Assembly (NCBI GenBank): GCA_035571045.1
Contig: DATMKS010000096.1
Coordinates: forward strand, 65,028 to 129,027
Direction: 5' to 3'
Source: Verrucomicrobiia bacterium
Lineage (GTDB): Bacteria > Acidobacteriota > Terriglobia > Acidiferrales > UBA7541
DNA length: 64,000 nt
Below, piece by piece: positions 57,334 to 64,000 of the stretch (position 1 is its first letter; every line of letters starts with the position of its first letter). The notes beneath the pieces were generated by a model. It made no database searches and was not told the origin of the DNA. It saw only the letters and a list, made by a program, of their open reading frames with translations. The position numbers were made by a program, and so were the translations under genes.

Positions 57334-60300
57334 ATGAAAAAAAACTATGTGTGTCTAAGAAGTTCGCTGTTGGCGGTGGCAATGGCTGCTGCCAGTCTAG
57401 CCCTTGCGCCAAGAGCTGGGAGCCAAGAGAAACCAATGCCAACCGGCGAGACGGCTCGCTCCGACAGATTCCCTGCGGCGAAGCAACAGGCGCAGCCGCC
57501 GAGCGGAGCTCCGCGCGACAGCGATGCGGACTCCCAGGAAGAAGAACAGGGCAAGCAAGGCAAAGAAGAAAAAGACAGTCCTGAAGCCATTCGCAAGAGG
57601 GACGAATGGTTTTACAAGCAGCGCTCGTCAGTGAATGGGCACATTCCGGGTGGCGCGCGGCTAAAAGCTTTGCGGCACATGCAGCGCATGATGGCGGCGG
57701 AAGGCAAGCTAGTGTTGCGGGCGGACGGAACTTACGCCCCAGCGACGCCGCAGGCCGGTTCGACATCGTTTCCGGCGTGGAGTTCGATTGGGCCTACTCC
57801 CACAACCGGAGGCACGTTCAGCCCCGTCACAGGAAGAATCACAACGATCGCTGTCGATCCGAGCGACACAACAGGAAACACTGTCTTGATAGGCGGAGCG
57901 CAAGGCGGGATCTGGCGCTCGACGGATGCGGGCCTGACCTGGACCGAAGTAGGCGACCAGAACGCGTCGCTCGCGATGGGCTCGATCGCGTTCGCTCCTT
58001 CGAGTCCGACTACTGTTTATGCTGGCACAGGCGAACAGGCGGCCATCGGCTTTGACATTTACTATGGCGCTGGCGTTCTGAAGTCCACCGATCACGGGAT
58101 GACGTGGACCCAGACATGCACCGTCGCGAGCACAACTTGTCCATTCATTGGGCCTTACACAGACGGTCTCAATCCAGGCTTTGGATTTTTCAATTTTGGC
58201 GGCGCGCACATTAGCTATGTTGCTGTGAATCCTACGAATCCAAATCTGATTCTCGTGGGCGCACAGTTCCTCGTGGAAGGTCCGCAGGAAGGCGTGTATT
58301 GCTCTAGCAACGGCGGCGCCACCTGGACCAACATTCTTCCCGATGAGATGGCGACGTTTGTGGGGTTCGCGTCTTCTTCCGTTGCGTTTGCAGCGCTTGG
58401 CAATCCATTCGGAAGTTCGCCAGGCGCCCCTAATGGAAACGGCATCTACAAATCGACCAACGCCAACTCCTGCTCCGCTACATTCACTCCTTTGGCTGGA
58501 GGCCTTCCGGCACAATCCACAATGGGCCGCATGGATCTTGGTATTTCTCCCAACTACGCGTCGGACAGCACGGTTTACGCTTCGATCGCCGATGATTCCA
58601 CCTCATCGAGTACCAACCTCGGTGTTTGGCTCACGAGGAATGGAGGCACCACCTGGACGCTGACGGCCGCGCCGGACGTGTGCCAGGGACAGTGCTGGTA
58701 CGACAATGTCGTCAAAGTGGATCCAAATAATGAGAGCATCGCCTTCTTCGGTGGTGCGGCGGTAACGGACAACGGTGGGAATCCGACCTGGGTCGTCCGA
58801 ACTACAACCGGCGGCACAAGCTGGGCTGCTGCCATTCCCAATCAACTGGGCGCAGGGTTGCCGCATGTCGATACGCACGCGATGGCTTTCTTCAAGCTCT
58901 CGACTGGCAAAGTGCGTATGTACCTCGGGAACGATGGCGGCATCTGGCGCACCGACGACGCGGAAGCAGCCACCATCACGTGGACGAACTTAAACGATTC
59001 GTTATTGACCTTGACGCAGTTTTACCCGTCGATTTCCATCAACACTTCCTCCCCTTCGATTGCGTTTGCTGGAACTCAAGATAATGGCAGCCAGAATTAT
59101 CAGGGAGGCGTCGCCTGGGTGGATAACAACCTTTGCGGGGATGGGGCTTCGACGGCGGTGGATGCGGTGATACCAAGCACTGTTTACATCGGGTGCGCGA
59201 CGGGAAATGCGGTGAATGCTTCCTACCAAAATGGGGCAATGGGGACGTTCTCGCCCGCCATCAACGGCATCAATCCTAACGACCCTTTGGACTTCATCCC
59301 ACCATTAATTACGGATCCTAATACTGCAAACGTTTTGTACTTCGGAACCTACCTGGTGTACCAATCCCAGGACGCCGGGAACTCCTGGAGCGCCATCTCC
59401 GGACAACTTGTCGCTAACGGAGGCTGGCTCACAACTCTCGCCGTTGAACCCGGCAATGCGAGCGCGTTATGGGCCGGGGCGAACACGGGTCAGGTTTTCG
59501 TCGCACAAACGGTTGCCGGCCAATTTTCCGGTTTCATTCAGATCGGCGCTTCGAGTCTGCCAACGCGCGCGGTGACCGGCATGGCTATCGATCCCTCTGA
59601 TCCAACGGGAAACACGGGGTACGTTGCCTATTCAGGTTTCGCATTCAACGGGGTCGATCCGCTTGGCGTGGCTGTGACTGACTTGCATGGACACATTTTC
59701 AAGACCACCAATGCGAATACTGGCCAGAACGTGACCTTTGTGGATGTGAGCTGCTCGACCGCCGATTGCTCAAAACCGGCGGCAACCGATTTACCGAATA
59801 TCCCTGTCAATGACATCGTTGTAGATCCTGATGTGCCTGGAATCATCTATGCAGCGACAGACCTTGGAGTTTACGTCGGTAACTGCACGGCTACGACATG
59901 CACTTGGAGCACGCTCGGCACAGCTCTTCCGAACGTTGCCGTGCTATCGCTTCGTCTCTACGAAGCTTCGCGCACTCTTTTCGCTGCCACGCACGGACGC
60001 GGCGTTTGGACCATCGCGCTCAACAATTTCGCGTTCACGGGCCCGCGCATTTTTTCGCTGACCCCTACTTCCGCAAACGCAGGCGCCGCACAGTTGACGC
60101 TCACAGTCAACGGGACTGGACTCACTGGCGGCACGGTCAATTTCGGCGGAACGGCGCTTGCAACAACAGTCGTGAGCGATACGCAACTTACTGCGACGAT
60201 TCCGACAGGCCAGTTGGCGGCAGCGGCGAGTCAAAAAGTAACAATCACCGTCGCGTCTTCAACGAGCAACTCTCTGCCATTTGAGATTCTCGGGGCGGCG

Positions 60301-62469
60301 GCCTCTATTTCAGGATGCACGACCAGCGCACCAGCTAGCACGACTGCTTCTTGCGGCACACCCGTTCAGGTCAACCCGTCCACGAATGTCCAAATAACCC
60401 TGAACGGCACAAACATAGTCAGCGGAGCAAAAGTGCTTTTCAACGGGGCCAACAGCGGCATTACCACACAATCCGCGACGGCTACTCAGCTCACCGCGGC
60501 TATTCCCGCTTTCCTGCTCGGGCCTTACGGGAGCACGAACGACATCGCGCTCTTGAACCTGCCACCGGGAAGCGGGAAATCAAAACCAATAACGCTTCAA
60601 GTCGTCGCACCGGCGCCGCCAAATGACTCGTTTGCGGCTGCCATCAATGTCCCCGCAGTGAGCTTCATTGATGTCCAGGATGCCTCCGGAGCCACGACGC
60701 AAGCCATGGATCCCCTGCCCCCTTGCGTGACGCAGTACACAAGCGCGCAAGGAAATACAGGCGGCCAAAAGAACGGTGTGTACAACACGATTTGGTACCA
60801 ATTCACGCCCGTTTTTTCGGCGAACCTGGAAGTGGACACCATCGGTAGCAGCTACGATACGGTGCTTTCCGTTTGGACGGGACAACCAGGCAGTCTCACA
60901 AATATCGCGTGTAACGATGACATTCAGCCGGGGGTGGTGGTGCAATCGCAGATCCAGAGCGTCGCGCTCACCGCGGGCAAGACTTACTACATCATGGTGA
61001 GCTCCTTTGGGCCGCCGGACCCCAACCCGATCGCGTTGGGGGGGAAATCTTTTCTGAATTTTGCGTACAACAACGGGCAAAATCCTCCAGCCACGATCAC
61101 TTCGATTTCGCCGACGACGGCAGCCTCCGGCGGCCCAACATTTACGCTATCCGCAGACGGAACCGGCATTCTCAGTGGTGCCAGTGTAGTTTGGGGGGGT
61201 GGCCCATTTGCAGCGAATGCCAGCGTTCCAACCACAGTGGTCAGCCAAACTCAAGCCACGGCAACCATCGACGCGGGATTGTTTATTCTTCCGGGGAGCT
61301 ATTTCGTTTCCATCAGCAATCCGCCCCCCGGCGGAGGCGCAACTCCTGCGACCGTGCCGTTCACTGTTACAGTCGGTACCTATCCGGTCCCCTCGATCAG
61401 CTTTTTCAATCCTAACCAGGTGGTTGCCGGCGGGGCGGCATTCACGATGCAGGTGGTGGGCAATAATTTTGCTTCAAACGCGGTTCTGCAGGTCAACGGC
61501 TCGGCCAGACCTACCACGGTCACTTTCCCGAATCAACTGAGCGCCCAGATTCCCGCTTCGGACATCGCTGCCCCTGGTAACCTACAGATCACAGTAAGTA
61601 ATCCCACGCCTGGCGGTGGGCCCTCGACCCCCTCGATGCTGACCATAGTGACGCCGAATCCGGTTCCGACGATCACTTCCATCAGCCCAACTAGCGGCGA
61701 GACTGGCTTTGGCGCACACGTCGTAATCAACGGAACCAATTTTGTGGCTTTGCCGAATGTGTATTTCAACGGCGCGTTTGTGGGATCCACTTTCATAAGC
61801 TCTACGCAGTTGACGACGGATTTCAACATCGGAAATTTGACGCCTGGTGTTTACCCGCTCATGGTCGTGGATCCCTTCCCCGGCGGTAGCGCGACCACTA
61901 ACTTCACAGTCACTGGCCCGCCGGATTTCTCGTTAAGTGTGGCGACGGGGCAGGGCACTCAGACGGTGAATGCGGGGCAGACGGCAACGTTCACCAACGT
62001 AATCACGGTTAACGCTGTGAACGGATTCACAGGGCTAGTGAATGTATCGTGCACATCACCGGCGCAGGCGACAACGTGTGCGCTTAGCCAGAATTCGCTT
62101 ATGGCGGCGCAGTCGGCCACCGTCATGGTGACGACAACGGCGCGAAGTTTGGCGCCACCGCTGCCACTGAATCGGCGGATGATTTCGTGGCCTCGCCTCG
62201 TGCCGTTGATTGTGGTGATGCTGCTTTGCGTTTTACTGACGCGGCTCGCGCGAACACGGCGGCAGCGAATTGTGGCAGCCCTCCCTCTTGCGGGATTCAT
62301 TCTGTTTCTGGTGTTGCAGGCTGTCGGCTGCGGCGGAGGCTCGTCCCAACCGCCTCCACCGCCGCCACAGACAGGGACGTTGGCGGGCACCTACACGATT
62401 ACCGTGACGGGTACGTCTACGAACCCCAACGCTACACACACCGCGAACCTTCAGCTCATCGTCAACTGA
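57334..62469 (+). CDS. Large secreted protein: BNR/VPS10-like propeller, IPT/TIG repeats, PPC-like domain, C-terminal TM hairpin
   Basis: Signal peptide; S(T/Q)DxGxTW Asp-boxes; AATHGRGVW; P.ITSISP..IPT starts; PPNDSFA...DTVLSVW...ACNDD. Confidence 0.88.
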   Translation: MKKNYVCLRSSLLAVAMAAASLALAPRAGSQEKPMPTGETARSDRFPAAKQQAQPPSGAPRDSDADSQEEEQGKQGKEEKDSPEAIRKRDEWFYKQRSSVNGHIPGGARLKALRHMQRMMAAEGKLVLRADGTYAPATPQAGSTSFPAWSSIGPTPTTGGTFSPVTGRITTIAVDPSDTTGNTVLIGGAQGGIWRSTDAGLTWTEVGDQNASLAMGSIAFAPSSPTTVYAGTGEQAAIGFDIYYGAGVLKSTDHGMTWTQTCTVASTTCPFIGPYTDGLNPGFGFFNFGGAHISYVAVNPTNPNLILVGAQFLVEGPQEGVYCSSNGGATWTNILPDEMATFVGFASSSVAFAALGNPFGSSPGAPNGNGIYKSTNANSCSATFTPLAGGLPAQSTMGRMDLGISPNYASDSTVYASIADDSTSSSTNLGVWLTRNGGTTWTLTAAPDVCQGQCWYDNVVKVDPNNESIAFFGGAAVTDNGGNPTWVVRTTTGGTSWAAAIPNQLGAGLPHVDTHAMAFFKLSTGKVRMYLGNDGGIWRTDDAEAATITWTNLNDSLLTLTQFYPSISINTSSPSIAFAGTQDNGSQNYQGGVAWVDNNLCGDGASTAVDAVIPSTVYIGCATGNAVNASYQNGAMGTFSPAINGINPNDPLDFIPPLITDPNTANVLYFGTYLVYQSQDAGNSWSAISGQLVANGGWLTTLAVEPGNASALWAGANTGQVFVAQTVAGQFSGFIQIGASSLPTRAVTGMAIDPSDPTGNTGYVAYSGFAFNGVDPLGVAVTDLHGHIFKTTNANTGQNVTFVDVSCSTADCSKPAATDLPNIPVNDIVVDPDVPGIIYAATDLGVYVGNCTATTCTWSTLGTALPNVAVLSLRLYEASRTLFAATHGRGVWTIALNNFAFTGPRIFSLTPTSANAGAAQLTLTVNGTGLTGGTVNFGGTALATTVVSDTQLTATIPTGQLAAAASQKVTITVASSTSNSLPFEILGAAASISGCTTSAPASTTASCGTPVQVNPSTNVQITLNGTNIVSGAKVLFNGANSGITTQSATATQLTAAIPAFLLGPYGSTNDIALLNLPPGSGKSKPITLQVVAPAPPNDSFAAAINVPAVSFIDVQDASGATTQAMDPLPPCVTQYTSAQGNTGGQKNGVYNTIWYQFTPVFSANLEVDTIGSSYDTVLSVWTGQPGSLTNIACNDDIQPGVVVQSQIQSVALTAGKTYYIMVSSFGPPDPNPIALGGKSFLNFAYNNGQNPPATITSISPTTAASGGPTFTLSADGTGILSGASVVWGGGPFAANASVPTTVVSQTQATATIDAGLFILPGSYFVSISNPPPGGGATPATVPFTVTVGTYPVPSISFFNPNQVVAGGAAFTMQVVGNNFASNAVLQVNGSARPTTVTFPNQLSAQIPASDIAAPGNLQITVSNPTPGGGPSTPSMLTIVTPNPVPTITSISPTSGETGFGAHVVINGTNFVALPNVYFNGAFVGSTFISSTQLTTDFNIGNLTPGVYPLMVVDPFPGGSATTNFTVTGPPDFSLSVATGQGTQTVNAGQTATFTNVITVNAVNGFTGLVNVSCTSPAQATTCALSQNSLMAAQSATVMVTTTARSLAPPLPLNRRMISWPRLVPLIVVMLLCVLLTRLARTRRQRIVAALPLAGFILFLVLQAVGCGGGSSQPPPPPPQTGTLAGTYTITVTGTSTNPNATHTANLQLIVN

Positions 62470-62663
62470 CGGGACGGGCAGGCGGAGCACCCCTAAGGGA
62501 TTTTGAATTTGTCTTCGCTTGTTGGCAGGTGCCCGGGTTTACTTCATAACTTCTGTACACCCCCGGGGGTAGGAGCTATCCAACTCGGCTTGGGCGAATA
62601 GCCCACACGCCAGCCCTTCAACGTCGCGCCTCTCGCGCTGACTCGCGTTACACTACTGGCGCG

Positions 62664-63593
62664 ATGCTGAAGACCACGGTGCTTGATACCAACTGGATGG
62701 GGCGGCCCCGATCCATCGGGGCGGTGTTGCTGGAATCGGATGGGCATCGCGCGATTCTTGATCCAGGACCGGCTTCGACACTTCCAACACTACGAAAGCA
62801 TTTGGATTCGCGGGGCATCGGCGTTGCCGACCTGAACGCGATTTTGCTTACGCATATTCATCTGGATCATGCGGGGGCTACTGGCACGCTCATTAAAGAA
62901 AATCCCAACCTTGAGGTGTACGTTCACAAGGCGGGGATGTTACACATGGCAGATCCGTCGAAGCTTTTGGCTAGTGCGGAGCGGCTTTGGCCGGGCGAAC
63001 TGGGACACTTGTTTGGCGAGACGCTGCCCGTGCCCTTTGGGAATTTGCGCATGCTTAAGGGGGGAGAAACGCTCTCTCTCGGAAGCCGCAACTTGGAAGT
63101 GGTTTACACTCCAGGGCACGCTTCGCATCATGTTTCGTATTTTGATTCGTCCGACGGAACCGCGTTTGTTGGCGACACTTCGGGATTCCACATCGAGGGC
63201 GAACCGTTTGTGGTTCCTCTGGCGCCGCCGCCGGACATCGACCTCGAAGTCTGGAATGCGTCGCTGGATGCCATCGCGGCGCGCGCTCCCTCGCGGCTTT
63301 TTCTCACGCACTTTGGCTACTCGAATGATCCGGCGGCACATATCGCGGAATACCGAAAAAATTTGCAGCGCTGGGCCGCGCTCGCCGCGGAAATTCTGCG
63401 TTCTACGCCCGACCAACAAGCCGCACTTGAGAAATTCGCCGTGGCCGCGAGTGTAGAAATCCAGCAACGTCTCTCTGCCGCTGAAGCGGAACACTACATT
63501 TTTAACTGCGGGATCAACTTGACTTGGCTAGGCCTCGCACGGTATCACCGCAAACGCGCCGAAGCTGCCGCCGCTCGAGCAAAGCCCGAGTAA
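62664..63593 (+). CDS. MBL-fold metallo-hydrolase
   Basis: THIHLDHAG, TPGHASHH, GD, THFG. Confidence 0.93.
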   Translation: MLKTTVLDTNWMGRPRSIGAVLLESDGHRAILDPGPASTLPTLRKHLDSRGIGVADLNAILLTHIHLDHAGATGTLIKENPNLEVYVHKAGMLHMADPSKLLASAERLWPGELGHLFGETLPVPFGNLRMLKGGETLSLGSRNLEVVYTPGHASHHVSYFDSSDGTAFVGDTSGFHIEGEPFVVPLAPPPDIDLEVWNASLDAIAARAPSRLFLTHFGYSNDPAAHIAEYRKNLQRWAALAAEILRSTPDQQAALEKFAVAASVEIQQRLSAAEAEHYIFNCGINLTWLGLARYHRKRAEAAAARAKPE

Positions 63594-63619
63594 ACGGAAG
63601 GGGACATAAATTCGGAGTT

Positions 63620-64000
63620 CTAAGCCGTCGTTTCAGAGGAAGAAGTTTCAGGCGTATCCGCAGCAGCCTCGGCGTCAGCGATGGCGGGCGCTGCGGGTGC
63701 TTCGAGCCGCGCAGAAAGAGCTTCCACCAATAGATCGACGAGCTTTTTCGCGCCGCTGCCGTCGGGATCTTTGTCCGGGTTGTACTGCGCCACGGTCAGC
63801 CCGAGAAGATTTTTGTGTTTCGCGAATTCGGCGAGTGCTGCGCGAACATCCGCCAAAGGCAGTCCATCGGTGCCGGGGACGTTAACCGCGGGAAATTCGT
63901 CGACCGCGATGACGTCGGTGTCCAGATGCAAAACAAATTCGTGAGCGTCGGCGTGTACAAACGCGAGGCCGTTGAGGGCCGCGGCGCTTCCACCTTTGGA
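63620..64000 (-). CDS. Arginase/ureohydrolase family, C-terminal part (runs off the window)
   Basis: LHLDTDVI, P...P...GL, AQYNPDKD. Confidence 0.8.
   Translation of the reverse strand, partial: SKGGSAAALNGLAFVHADAHEFVLHLDTDVIAVDEFPAVNVPGTDGLPLADVRAALAEFAKHKNLLGLTVAQYNPDKDPDGSGAKKLVDLLVEALSARLEAPAAPAIADAEAAADTPETSSSETTA

Overview
GC-rich bacterial DNA with an Acidobacteriota-like gene set (inferred from Oar-type TonB-dependent receptor, CRTAC1/ASPIC-UnbV paralogues, TIGR03435 remnant and hpnJ). Left to right: (1) 213-11416, TBDT, three CRTAC1/FG-GAP proteins and a CusF-SCO protein. (2) ~11480-15680, lower-GC debris zone 3' of tRNA-Gln(CUG), with pseudogene fragments, an orphan Imm50 immunity gene, unannotated small ORFs and a DGQHR-motif protein. 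(3) 15783-17864, a ~2.1 kb mini-island bounded by a 14-bp direct repeat that lies in the tRNA promoter. It carries a truncated tyrosine integrase and satD + DUF3307, with three palindromic operator-like sites. (4) 17956-31351, glycolipid/hopanoid-type cluster: two HpnI-like GT2, two small DMT/EamA pairs, FAD and Gfo oxidoreductases, sqdB, ArnT-like GT-C, AsnB-like amidotransferase and hpnJ. (5) PLP decarboxylase, TolC/MacB-permease/TPR/adaptor operon, NatAB-like and ABC-2 transporters. (6) PP2C, REC-HisKA, hybrid kinase and sigma-54 activator. (7) OmpA-family protein, a ~1700-aa secreted protein whose last Ig-like domain is split by a TM hairpin plus lipobox-like Cys, an MBL hydrolase and a partial arginase. 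Best candidates for undescribed biology: the SatD-DUF3307 island, the split-Ig internal-lipobox anchor, and the Hpn/Arn-like/SqdB pathway. All family calls come from motif recognition by eye; no searches were run.
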